A DNA stretch of 64,000 nucleotides. Origin: Candidatus Marinacidobacterales bacterium (GTDB lineage Bacteria > Acidobacteriota > Vicinamibacteria > Marinacidobacterales > DATDRI01). A program made the position numbers and the translations under genes. Shown piece by piece: positions 30,955-42,155 of the stretch; within the stretch, counting starts at the first letter, position 1; each line of letters opens with the position of its first letter. Below the pieces are notes generated by a model, which worked only from the letters and a program-made list of their open reading frames with translations, did no database searches and had not been told where the DNA came from. The stretch lies in the NCBI GenBank assembly GCA_965219415.1, contig OZ244742.1:544001-608000 (forward strand), written 5' to 3'.

Positions 30955-31642
30955 GGCGGCGGTAGCCACCCACATCCTGTTGGGGTTTCCCCCCAACGGA
31001 CTCCAAGCCGTTGAACACCTGGATATCTCCTTAAACACCTCAATGGAAAGCGTTTGAACATCTCGACCGCACACGCAGACCGAGGCATGGTTCTTGCCTT
31101 ATGTGACCTTAAGTTCGCCACACCTGCGCCATTTGGGTAGTGGCACCTCAGACCGAAGGAAAGGAAATGACCGGCCAGATCGAGTCGCTCCGAGCCGAGA
31201 AGCGTTCGCTCTCGTTCTCGCCGAACCCGGCGAGCACCCAGGCTACCAGCTCCGCTATTGCCTCGTCTTCAATCAGTGCATCGTATACCGTCCCGGGCGC
31301 GACTACCCCGAGTCCAATAACGGTTTCTTCCTCAACGAAGTGTTTGACAGCGGCTGGGCACTCTATGTGACGTAGGCGAGCCGCCGACCTCAAGCGCCGG
31401 CCCTGAGGCCGTGAAAAAGTCTGCAAAAACACTTGACAAGGTTGGGCAGGTGTTTCGAAAAACGGAGACTTCTGCACGCAGATGCCATCCTGAAGCGCAC
31501 AGGCGCTCACTCCCTTCCTTACCCCAGAGTTTGAACATTTTTTCTCATCCCAGCCGGTTTGCTCCGCCTAACAGCGTCCAAGGGCCTCAAAAAAACTGTT
31601 GTTATATTAGGAGAAGCTCGATTCGAAAAAGGGGGCAACGCC

Positions 31643-32510
31643 ATGATCGAAAGAATAAAGACATACTTCGAGGCACGCGAGCGTGTCTCCACCGAACAGC
31701 TCGACCGCACAGCCGAGAAACTCGTTCGCGCCGAGAAACGAAACGTCGCACTCGTCATCGCGCACATCGCAGAGATGTCGAGAAGAAAGGGGCATCTCGA
31801 GCGCGGGTACAAGAGTCTCTTCGAGTGCTGCACCAAGCGCTTGAACCTAGGCGAGGGTTCGGTCGCACGGCGGATTCAGGTGGCCAATGTATCGAAACGT
31901 TTTCCCCAGCTCCTCGTCGCGTTGGCGAAAAACCGGGTGAGCCTTACCGTCGCCGGTTTGCTCGCACCGCATCTTCGAGGGGAAAACATCGAGAGGCTCC
32001 TAAGCGACTGCGCCGGTATGACGAAACGTGAGGTCGAGGAATATCTCGTCCCGCTGGGCCCGAAGCCCGTCTTCTCACCCTCTATTCGCAAGGCGCCTTC
32101 TCTTTGCAACACATGGCCGAGATCATGGAGCAAGCGCTGGACGTGGCTCTCGACGAAAAAGACGTGAAGAGAAAGCGCGCACGCGGCTCAAACGCCAATC
32201 GAAGACAGGCGACAGACCTCGCCCGGGCAAGGTCCCCGCGAAGTCCCGCTATATTCCGTCAGAGGTTCGCGAGCGAGTGCACGAGCGGGCGGGATACCAG
32301 TGCGAATACCGAGGTCCAAACGACACCCGGTGTTGGGCGCGAGCGGGACTGCAAATCGAGCACCTGCGGCCTTTTGCCTTGTATCGCAGCCACGACGAGG
32401 GATTACTCAGGCTTCACTGCAGCCCGCACAATCGTTTTGCCGCAGAGAAGGTGTTTGGAGCCGCGTTCATCCAAGGAAAGATCGATGCTTCGCGGGTGAA
32501 GCAGCGTTGA
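31643..32510 (+). pseudogene. DUF222-like/HNH endonuclease protein, internally shortened and frameshifted
   Basis: GYKSLFECCTKRLNLGEG...RRIQVA N-terminal region; SRYIPSEVRERVHERAGYQC...IEH...HCSPHN HNH domain. Confidence 0.78.
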
Positions 32511-32512
32511 AA

Positions 32513-32590
32513 TGGTAGCGGGGGGCGGACTTGAACCGCCGACCTACGGGTTATGAGTCCGTCGCTCTAACCAGCCTGAGCTACCCCGCC
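32513..32590 (-). tRNA. tRNA-Met (CAU), probably elongator
   Basis: GGCGGGGTAGCTCAGGCTGGTTAGAGC...CT CAT AA...GGTTCAAGTCC...CGCTACCA; lacks the initiator C1 mismatch and the three G-C anticodon-stem pairs. Confidence 0.93.
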
Positions 32591-32605
32591 TAAAGGACTT
32601 ATGAC

Positions 32606-33478
32606 TTACGCCCGATACCGGTGTAGTGAATAGCGTAGTGGAATGGACGCCGCTTTTTTCTCGATGGTCCGTTCCACAGCCTCCGCTTTGTGACTCGGGC
32701 TTAGATGAGCATATCTTAACACCATACTGAGATCCTTCCATCCCCCAAGCTCCTGGACAGTCCGGAGGTCAACGCCAACCATCACCAACCGACTCGCGAA
32801 GGTGTGGCGGAGCGTGCGTGGCGTGACGTCGCGCCCCAGGCCAGCACGCCGGCAAGCGGTAGTGAAGGCCGTTCGAATGGCCCGCAGCGGAATGCCCAAA
32901 CGATTCACGAAGACCGGGTCTTCTGGGCCGGCATCGGCTGAAGTTTTGCGATGCTGCGAGAGTGCCGCGTGTAGCTCACTGTTGATCGGGATCGTTCTGG
33001 TCTCCCCGTTCTTGGCAAAGGCGGCCTCTACAAGTGAGTTGCCTCCGGTCAAGGTCGATGCTGCCCCATTTCAGCGTGAGTGCTTCGGAGGCGACACGTG
33101 TGCCCGCATGGATACCCATCAGAACAACGGTTCTCGGCGGTTCAGCGCACACCGCCAGGAGCCGGTCCTCTTCCTCATGCTCGAGAAACCGGATCTTCCC
33201 TTTCGACTCCCTCAGGAACTTCACCGTGCGGGACCGTTTGTTGGCCGCTGCCCATTCTCGGAATAGTTGGGCGGCATCGTCGAAGGCGATGTCTTCTTCT
33301 TGCGGCCACCGATGCCGGCTTCACCCTTCAGGATGCGGGCGCGTTCCACCGCGGCCAACTCTTTGGCGGCGGTGCGGGTGATGTTCTTGCCCAGAGACCG
33401 AAAGTATCGATTGCCCCTGATGACACAGTCGAGCCACCAGGTTCGTCCTCGCAGATAGATCCCCTCACCTTTTGGCAC
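32606..33478 (-). pseudogene. Tyrosine integrase remnant next to tRNA-Met
   Basis: GIYLRGRTWWLD arm domain; IRFLEHEEEDRLL; HAGTRVASE; AKNGETRTIP; TLRHTFASRL; ELGGW...RYAH. Three frames; core-binding domain largely deleted. Confidence 0.85.
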
Positions 33479-33965
33479 GACGGACTCCTTTCTTCTTGCC
33501 GCGTTTCCTTTTGTGACGTTTCTTCCGTTGATTCTCGCGCCAAACAGCTTGGTTGTACCGGTTGCGGCAGGCTGTGGTGCAGTACAACTGTCTCCGGACG
33601 CGGACGAGAGATTTCCGCATCTCGGGCAACGCTTCAAATCAACGGTGTTTCGATCTGCGATCAGGTGAGCCAGCGAATAGAGGAATAGCTTTTGGAATGG
33701 AGGTTCCTCTTGAACAGACTAGGCCACTTGACGCCGGAGGAGTCTCTTCGAGTTCATTGACTAGGGCGGCGGTGCAGGACCAGCGGCCAGCATCTCCTGG
33801 ACTGCCCGGAGTGCCTATTCGAGCTGGACTTTCTTCTCCTCTGCGAGGCCCCGGCCACGCCCGAGGAGGAAGCCGTCCTCAAGGCTATCCGCTGAACGGG
33901 CAACTGCATGATTTCCATACTGAATCAGCCGGTGGTATCTTCCAGCGCACAAGGAGGTTCCCGCT

Positions 33966-34472
33966 ATGAAGTTCCTAATGCTTTTTTTCATTCCTATTTC
34001 TCTGGTCGTCGCCTTGGCCGCTTGCGCCACGCCTGCGACACAGGAGCCAGCCGCCGAAGAAGCCCCCAGCACCGAGGCCGACGCGGAGGCGATAAAAGGC
34101 GTGAACGACCATTTCTTGGCGGGGCTCAACGACGGCGACCTGGAGCCTTGTTTAGCCGTAGTTGCCGATGATGTAGTCATGTTGGCGCCAAACCACCCGA
34201 CCGCTACCGGCAAATCAGCAGTGGAGTCGTGGCTTCGGACAATTTTTGATCAATTCACCATCGAGGAGACTTGGTCCTCGGAAGAGCTCGTGGTGGCCGC
34301 AGACTGGGCGTTCAACCGAGGCACCTACTCAGGCACGTTCACACCTAAGGCCGGTGGTGAGCCCGTGCAGGAGGAGGGCAAGTACATCTGGATTCTGCAC
34401 CGACAAGCGGACGGTTCTTGGAAATACGCTCACTCCATCTGGAACAGCGACAACCCGCCGCCCGGCTCCTAG
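33966..34472 (+). CDS. NTF2/SnoaL-like (DUF4440) lipoprotein
   Basis: AGGAGG SD; lipobox LAAC; GKYIWILHRQADGSWK. Confidence 0.85.
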   Translation: MKFLMLFFIPISLVVALAACATPATQEPAAEEAPSTEADAEAIKGVNDHFLAGLNDGDLEPCLAVVADDVVMLAPNHPTATGKSAVESWLRTIFDQFTIEETWSSEELVVAADWAFNRGTYSGTFTPKAGGEPVQEEGKYIWILHRQADGSWKYAHSIWNSDNPPPGS

Positions 34473-34660
34473 AGCGTCGCACTCGTCACTGCTGGACCCC
34501 TCTGCGGTGCTCGCGTCTGCGGCGGGCGCGGCGTGCGGGAGAGGGTCGGGGTGTGCCTTTCGTCGCTTCCCCCTCGCGACGCATGAGTAGTGGCCGTAGA
34601 AGCGGGCGCTGTGGCGCCTCGGCTCTGGAATCTGCACGAGCACGCGAGCGGCTTGGGATG
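34473..34660 (-). mobile_element. IS91-like (Y2) transposase C-terminal scrap
   Basis: LARVLVQIPEPRRHSARFYGHYSCVARGKRRK resembles the IP-x-H-x-RYYG motif. Confidence 0.55.
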
Positions 34661-34722
34661 TCGGGGGTCAACAGCCGCCTCGCCGAAGCGTTCCTGAACC
34701 GGCAGTCTTCCGCCGTGCGTCG

Positions 34723-35643
34723 CTATTCTTGGGATTGGCCTCGGAGGGCGAGTGCGACGGCGCCGATCGTCTCGGGCGTCGTGCGACAGCACCCACCGAT
34801 GAGGCGCGCACCGGCCGCGTACCACTCGGGGGCGCACGCGACGATCGAGGGGGACTGTTCGGCCGCAAGCCAGCGATGCCGAGCGGCGTCCCACGCTTCC
34901 CCACTGTTCGGGTAGACGGCGAGGAGCTTCTTCGTAGCGCCGCGCGCCGAATCGAGGAGACCCGAAACGTATTGGGGCGCGGTGCAGTTGATTCCCGTCG
35001 CGACGACCCGGTCCAAGCCACTCACCAGCCGCACGCAATCGGCGAATGACTCACCGTGGCAGACCTCCGTCTCGTTCCGGCAGCTGAAAGTAATCCACGC
35101 GGTGGTATCCGGGGCGTCCTCGAGCAGTGCGACGATCGCTTCCGCTTCCAGGAGGCACGGGACGGTCTCGAAGGCGAGAAGGTCGGGCTCCGCGCTCAGC
35201 AGCGCCTCCATTCGAGGCCGATGGAAACGGATGAGCTCGTCGCGATCGAGCTCATAGTCGCCCCGGTACTCGGAGCCGTCGTGCAGCACCGCGCCGTAGC
35301 ATCCGATCGACGCGGCAACCAGGCCACGTCCGTGGCGGTCCCGGGCACGCTGGGCGAGCTCGACCGACAGCCGTAGAAGCCGTCGAGCTTCTGCTTCGTC
35401 CAGCCCTCGGGCCGCGAAACCCTCGAAGCTTGCCTGGTAGCTCGCGCTCGTGGCCACGTCGGCGCCCGCTCGGAAATAGTCGTAGTGCAGGGCCTCGATC
35501 TTCTCCGGTGCCTCGACGAGGAGCTTAGCCGACCAGAGGGGGTCGTTCAAATCCTCTCCGCGCCGCTTGAGCTCAGTGGCGAGCGCGCCGTCGAGCAGCA
35601 CATAGCCCTTGTCATCGATGAGCGGTCCCAGCAGATCGTTCAT
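34723..35643 (-). CDS. mmuM: Homocysteine S-methyltransferase
   Basis: LDGALATEL, DPLWSA, AGADV..SASYQ, DGSEY, FETVP, GINC, YPNSGE, IGGCCR. Confidence 0.93.
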   Translation of the reverse strand: MNDLLGPLIDDKGYVLLDGALATELKRRGEDLNDPLWSAKLLVEAPEKIEALHYDYFRAGADVATSASYQASFEGFAARGLDEAEARRLLRLSVELAQRARDRHGRGLVAASIGCYGAVLHDGSEYRGDYELDRDELIRFHRPRMEALLSAEPDLLAFETVPCLLEAEAIVALLEDAPDTTAWITFSCRNETEVCHGESFADCVRLVSGLDRVVATGINCTAPQYVSGLLDSARGATKKLLAVYPNSGEAWDAARHRWLAAEQSPSIVACAPEWYAAGARLIGGCCRTTPETIGAVALALRGQSQE

Positions 35644-35668
35644 GGCTCTCATTTTAGTGTTTCGCGCC

Positions 35669-35776
35669 ATGTATTTCCTTGGCTACGACCTCGGAAGCTC
35701 GTCGGTCAAGGCCTGCCTCTTCGACGGCGAGCTTGGCCGCGGTGTGGCGCGAGCCAGCGAACCGGAGCCCGAGATG
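35669..35776 (+). pseudogene. FGGY-family (xylulokinase-like) kinase N-terminal fragment
   Basis: MYFLGYDLGSSSVKACL, then abrupt loss of similarity. Confidence 0.75.
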
Positions 35777-35882
35777 AATTTGGGGTGTGAGGATTGGAGA
35801 GAGAGAAGAAGAGAGAGATGCCCACACACCCCGGATTTGTTTTAGGGGGTGCATTGGCGGGCACCTGATTGGCTGGCTGTTG

Positions 35883-38075
35883 TTACTCGGGGAAGTTCAT
35901 GCGCCGCAGCAGGTCCTGAAAGCGCGGGTCGGGGCGGAGGTTGTCCCAGTTCGGATCTCCGCGGAGGTTCATCATTGCACCTTCGCGCTCCTCGTAGGCT
36001 CTTTCTAACCACTGGATGGCGTCATCGTGCTCGCCGGCGAGGGTGTAGAACCAGGCAATGTTATGGCGATCCCAGGGGCTGGCACGGAATTCTCCACGAT
36101 CCATTCCGCTAGGCGGCGCATCGCCCCTGTAAGTCCGAACTCGGGGTAGCTACGTTCGAGAAGCGCCACCTCATCATCCAGACCTATTAGCGAGAACGCT
36201 TTTCTCAATTCCATAACCCCTTCGTCATACTCTTCCATCAAGATGTAAACCGTGGCGAGGCCATAGAGAGGCAGAAAGCGCCTCGGATCGAGTTCCAGCA
36301 CGCTGAGATATTCGGATTTCGCTCGCTGGTACTGGTGTTGAAGTATAAAACAATGGCCAGCCTGTACACTGATACGCAGGTTCAACGGATCTAATTCGAG
36401 AGCTCGCTCCACTTCGGCGGTGGCTTCGTCTACTCGACCCTCGTTGGACAAGAGGAAGCTGCGGCGAAGGCGCGCCTCCGCAGAACCCGGGCTCAGCTCC
36501 ACGGCGCGGTCACACTCTCTTCGGGCGCCAACCCAATCCCAGTCGTACGACCGCTTGATGTTACATAAGGAGAGATGTGCCTCGGCCAGCGACTCGTCCA
36601 ACTCGAGGGCCTTCAACGCGGCTTCTCTTGCTTTCGGCAACATTTCTTTCTCAGGGCTGTATCCCGAACCGCCAAGAAATCGATAAATGTCAGCGAGACC
36701 TGCGTAGGCGGGAGCGTAGTTGGGATCTTTTTCCAGCGCCTTCTGAAAGTAGTCGAGAACCGTATCAAAGTCCTCCCTTCTGAAAAATGTGGCCCGTTCC
36801 AGAAAGTGACGGCCCCTGAGGTAGGCTTCGTGGGCCTCGGGATTGACCGGGCGGTCGCTTGCAAGGAAAGCGTCCTCCAGGCTTGTCAGCTTGACCTGGA
36901 TCTCCTCTGCAATGGTCCGTGCCACCTCACCCTGCAAAGCTAGTATGTCGGTTAGGTCCCGTTCGTAGCTCTCCGCCCAGAGATGTTGGTCCGTGGCCGC
37001 CTCGATCAACTGAGCCGTAATGCGCACACGGTCCCCCACCCGCATCGCTGAGCCTTCGATGACCGCATCGACACCTAGCTCACGAGCAATGTCTGGCAGC
37101 GGCTTGTCGGAACCCTGATAGCGCATGGCCGAAGTCCGAGAGATTACTTTCAGGGCGCTGATTTTGGCGAGGTTGGCGATCGACGCCTCCGTCATCCCGT
37201 CAACGAAGTAGTCTTGCTCTGGGTCGCCGGACAGGTTGTCTAGGGGCAAGACAGCAATCGACTCGATTTGAGGCGCGTCACTTCCGCCGGCGATCCAGTC
37301 CCGCACGTCACCGGTGAAGAGAGCGGCGATCATGACGACCAGGATCGCAACAAGTCCCACGCCAACGATACCGGCCACTGGCAGCCTACTCGCTGTCGGC
37401 GAAGCGGCCTGGGACGCACTCTCTACGCCTTCGAGCTCCCTCGCCAAGTCGCGCGTCGAGTCGTAGCGCTGTCCCGGTTCCTTTTCGAGACACCGACTGA
37501 TGATGTGGCCCAGCTGAGCCGGAGCATGCGAGTTGCTCAAGCTAACTGACTCTGGCTCATCGCGCATCACCGCGGCAAGAGTCTCCGTCATGGTCTCTCG
37601 GCTAAACGCATGCTTCCCGGTGGCCATCTCATACAGGATCGAGCCGAAGGAGAACTGGTCAGAGCGGTAATCGACCGGACGTCCTGCTGCTTGCTCTGGT
37701 GACATGTATTGCACGGTCCCGAGGACGACGCCCTCCCGAGTCTCTTTCGTCTTAGTTGCCATTTCCGGATCGATCTCCGATGGCTCCGGCATCAACTTGG
37801 CGAGGCCGAAGTCGAGGATCTTCACGAAGCCATCGTTTGTGACCATCAGGTTCTCGGGCTTGAGGTCTCGATGGACGATTCCGGCAGCGTGCGCCTTGGC
37901 AAGGCCATCCGCCATCTGCGTGGGGAGCTTGAGAAGCTTCTTGGCGGGGAGTGGTTCCCCGGTAAGCATTGCCCGGAGTGTTTGGCCGTCGACGTACTCC
38001 ATGGCGATGTAGCGAGTGCCTTCGTGCTCGCCGATGTCGTGAATGGTGACGATGTTCGGGTGGTTGAGAGCTGAA
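35883..38075 (-). pseudogene. Hanks-type Ser/Thr kinase + TM + TolB-N-like + TPR protein; N-terminus missing, frameshift ~36085
   Basis: Begins at SALNHPNIV; HRDLKPEN, DFGLAK, GTVQYMSPE, SIAVLPLDNLSGDPEQ, TPRs; glycine loop and VAIK absent. Confidence 0.88.
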
Positions 38076-38076
38076 A

Positions 38077-38271
38077 AGTCAATGAGTAGACGCTAATCGC
38101 ACGCCTCACCGGGGCCAGGATGTAGCGTGAGGATGGGCGGGGGCAAGAGGCTCCACCAACACAGGCTTGGCCTTCGCCGAAGTGGGTAGATCGGTTACTT
38201 GGTCCGGACCTAGTTGAGGTGCCGGCGTTTTAGTGAAGGCGCCCGTCCTCCAGCATCACCAGAAGGACGGG
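38077..38271 (+). ncRNA. Candidate IS110-type non-coding left end (bridge-RNA-like), orphan
   Basis: Sits exactly at the kinase breakpoint; several hairpins; CAATGAGTAGACGCT...CCAACAC...CTTGG pattern recalled from IS110 left ends. Confidence 0.4.
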
Positions 38272-38348
38272 ATGCTTCCGCGAGGCGCGCGCCACCGCAA
38301 TGCGCAGATAGGCTTTCCACTCTGACAGATGATGGTACTAGGAAAGTA

Positions 38349-39732
38349 GGGTCTACGCGGATTCGTGTGGGTTGAAAACTGCATTTCTGGGTAATGGCGG
38401 AAGGAAAGCCGCCACGATCTTCAGCTTGAGATATTCCTCGTCGCGATAGCCGTAGGCGCGTCGTTGCAGAACACGGATTTTGTTGTTGACCCCTTCAACT
38501 AGGCCGAGACTGACTTTGTTCTCCGGATGACAGTAGGAGGCGATACCATCCCAATGGGACTCAATCATACCGGCGAACTTCTGGTACGGATGCAGGCGTT
38601 GCCATTTGAGGCTGTCTTTCCAACGAGTGAAAAAGGCGCGAGCGCCGCGTTCGGTGCGGTAATCCCAGAGTTGCCCGAAGGCCTCCTTCAAAATATAGGC
38701 GGTGTTCAGGCGCCGGTTGGCCTGGAGCAACTTTTTGAGTGCGCGGCGACCGTCTAGGCTCAGGTTCTCCCGCCGGGAAAGCAAAGTGTAACGCTGCCCC
38801 TTGATGTACGACCGGTCCTTGCCGCTGAGGCGTTTGTACTCACCGCGCCGGACCTCATCGAGGGCCTTTGACAGATGACGCATGATATGAAACTTGTCGA
38901 AGATGATCCGCGCATTAGGCGCGTTGTGAATCACCGAGTTCCGGAAGGGCTTCCACATATCCATGGCGGCCAGCTTGATACGGGCGCTTTTCTTTCCGCC
39001 CGGCGCCTTGAAGAACAAATCGATGTCGGTTTCTTTGCGACCCTCACCGCCCACCCAGATGGGACGCGCCCGCTCCAGGTCGCTGACAATGACGCGATAG
39101 TTATGTCCCTTGCGGATGGAGATCTCATCGACACCGATGGCCCGAGGCGCCGGTAGCCCCGCCCGGTCGACCTGCTCTTGCATGTAGAGCGTATCCAGAG
39201 CCTTCACCGTACCGTGGTGCAGACGTTCCATCTCGGCCACCGCCTTGTTCGGCATATCCCGGCACAGCTTGCCCACATGCGTCGCAAAACGCTGGGTGTA
39301 GCGCGAGTTGTTCGCCAGCCAGTCTAGGTGTTCTACATGCACACCGCCGCACCCAGAACAGTTGACGCGCCAACGCTCGTATTCCAGATAGATCCGCCAG
39401 CCTGCCAACGACAGGTCGCGGACCCGGCACACTTGCTTGTCATAGCGCCCCCGGCACCGTTGCCCACAGTAAGAGCACACAGCTGTTTTTTTCGCCTCTT
39501 GAGCTGGATGACACGGGCGTATCGGTCACCGAATAGACCCTTCAATCCGGCACCAACCACGAAACCTGGCAGCGCAAACAGCGAGCGGATCGACTGGGAA
39601 TTTTTCACTCGGTTAGCCTATCCTAAAAATGGACCACTTTTCAGCACCTGATGAAGTACTCGATACCTTTTCCACACAATGAGTTACACTGTTTTTCCGT
39701 CAGAACTTACCCACACGAATCCGCGTAAACCC
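38349..39732 (-). mobile_element. Complete ISL3-family element
   Basis: 24-bp IRs GGGTYTACGCGGATTCGTGTGGGT; 8-bp TSD GGAAAGTA at 38341-38348 and 39733-39740. Confidence 0.96.
38353..39608 (-). CDS. ISL3 transposase in two frames joined at an A7 run (39486-39492)
   Basis: CSYC...CSGC zinc finger, IGVDEIS, AMDMWKPF, FDKFHI, VEGVNNKIRVLQRRAYGYR. Confidence 0.93.
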
Positions 39733-39842
39733 GGAAAGTATTAGAAAACTTCGAAAACTTTGCTGTGAGATCTTCTCAAGGGAAATCTTCATTTTTTTTG
39801 GAGGGACATTGAGGAATGTGGGTCGATCGGGGCAGACGAGCG

Positions 39843-41190
39843 CTAATTTTCCATCCCCCCTTCCCTCTTTTGTAGCGCCGACAAGTCTGGCTGTGCCTCA
39901 TACTCCCAGCCACCACCCAGCGATCGGTAGAGTTGGACGAGGCTCTGAACCAAGAACCCTTGGCTCTCCGCCAATTGATCTTGCAGCCGAAACAGGGAGC
40001 GTTGGCTATCGAGCACGTTTTGAAAGTTGGTGAGCCCCGACCGGTATTGCGTTGTCACGAGATCCACAGAGCGTTGCGTGGCGTCCACCGCTTCGACCAA
40101 GCGATCGCGGCGGTTCTCCTCGTTGACATACTCAGACATCGAGTTCTCGACGTCTTCCAGGGCACGGAGCACCGTCTGTTCATACGCGAAGAAGGCCTGT
40201 TCGGTCCGTGCTTCTTCGACCCGAATCCGATTGTGGATGCGCTCGCGATCGAACAAGTTCCACCTAAAGCCTGGGACAAGACCCCACCCGATAGCGCTAT
40301 CCGCTCCGACGTTCCCGAAATCGAAGCTGAGAAATCCGCTCAAGGAAAAACTCGGGTAGAGATCTGCAGTTGCCACGCCAATCAGCGCCGTCTGGGAGGC
40401 AAGGACCCGCTCGGCGGTTCGGATGTCGGCCCGCTGGCGCATGAGATCGGCGGGAATGCCGATTGCAATACCCACGGGGGTCCTCGGAATCGGCCCTCCG
40501 ACCCCGAGACGGTCGTCCACACTGCCGGGGGCGACCGCCAGCAATACTGCTAGACGATTGAGGGAAAGAACCAAACGTTGCCGGAGCTGGGAGATGGTGG
40601 CCTCCGTATCCCCTAGGTTGGACTCGGCCTGCGCGACGTCGAGTGCCGAAGTCAATCCTGCAGCGAACCGGTCCCGAGTTAGCTGAAGCGTTTGTTTTTG
40701 CGACTCAACATTGGCCTCGGCGAAGGCAATGCGTTTTTGAAGCGTTCGTACTTCGATGTAGCCGAGCGCAACCTCGGCCAGCAACGATACCAACACGTCC
40801 CGGTAGTCCTCGATCGACGCCTCGTAGCTCGCGGCCGCCGACTCGATGTTGCGAGCCAGGCGACCAAAGACATCGATCTCCCAGGAAGCATCGAGTCCCA
40901 GTTGCAAGAGGTAGGTCGGGTCAGTGCCGCCCTCCGGCACCACCGGAATAACCGCTTCGCTCAATTCTTGGAAGGTCACCTGACCCAAACCATCCACCAC
41001 CGGCATCCGATCCCCGGTGGCGACCCCGAGAATGGCGCGGGACTCCATCACTCGCGCAACAGACTGTCTCAAGTCGAGGTTCGATTTCTGTGCGCTTGCG
41101 ATGAGCTCGTTGAGCTCTCGATCGTCGAAGACCTTCCACCAGCCCATCGACGGCCGCCTGATGCCATTCGTCGGGCATCGGAGCCCCGTC
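39843..41190 (-). pseudogene. Outer-membrane efflux lipoprotein (OprM/NodT family), lacking signal peptide/lipobox
   Basis: WWKVFDD, NLDL, SWEIDVFG, RADIRTAE, ADLYPSFSL, LYRSLGGGW. Confidence 0.85.
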
Positions 41191-41956
41191 GGGCAAAGGT
41201 GTTTCCTTCGTCCGTAGCGAGGGGGGCGAGGTATCGTCCGGTAAACGAAACCTCGACGTCAACTCGGCCAAACGGAAACGGCGCGAAGGCATACACACCC
41301 GGCGCCTGGCGGGTTACGGCAACCTCGACGTCTTCCTCGGCGTTCAAGGGCACGTGGTCGAACGCCGCGGGGCTCCGGACCTCGTCGTGTCGCATCTGAA
41401 AATAGAGGGCGGCGGTGTCGAAAAACTGAAGCTGTTTGTAGTTCTGCATCAATCGCGGTTCTTCGAGCCATTCTGCGGTGGCCGGACTCGCGGCCAGTTG
41501 GGCCTTCAATCGCTTTTGACGCTCGAGCTCGCCGTCCAACATCGCTTGTACCAGCGGTCTCGATTCGTCAGAGATCGAATCGAGCAGCACCATGTCCGAT
41601 AACCCGTAGCGGCCGTTGTAGAGTCCCCATGTGTGCATACTCGAGAGCAGCCCACAATAAGGATGCCGTTCGGAATTCAGGCTCGGAGACTTCTCGCTTG
41701 TCGTGATGATCTTCTCCAGGGGGGTCTCCACGAGGTGATACGGCAGCCGGGTCTCGGGATCCATGGGTGCCTCGGCATCCAACTCTCGCCATCCTTGATC
41801 GTGGTGATCGATCAAGTAGAGCATCTCCTCCCGGGGCTCCACCGGCTCGAAACGATCGTTGCCGAACAAGCGGGCCAGCTGTCCGGCGAAGCTCGTATGC
41901 TCCGCCATCGTAATGATGAAACGCGGTACACCTTCTGGAGCGGTCTGTACGATCAT
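41191..41956 (-). CDS. DUF3891-family protein, C-terminus apparently lost (reads into the efflux gene)
   Basis: EHTSFAGQLA..FGN, HHDQGW, DPETRLPY, GLLSSMH, LQFFD, PFPF. Confidence 0.7.
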
Positions 41957-42155
41957 GGCGGCTCTCGCCCGGTCAGCATACCTTAATACTCGGCAAGGAG
42001 TTCAACGCGCCCTGACATTGTCCAATTCCGGACACCCGAATGGCCGAATGCGAACGACGAGCGCGGCTCGGCGCGGCTGAGCGTGCCCGATCCCAGGGTT
42101 TACAGCGCATGGCAGGTGGCATGCGGATTGCCTATGGCCTATCGTGGAGGTCGTC

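Noticed and set aside
31094-31375. Small ORFs between the REPIN and the HNH gene
   Set aside because: No recognisable motif and competing frames; cannot be supported
31643-32510. HNH protein as partner of the island ATPase (Septu-like pair)
   Set aside because: It lies 11 kb away, outside the att sites, and belongs to the DUF222-like repeat-associated HNH type
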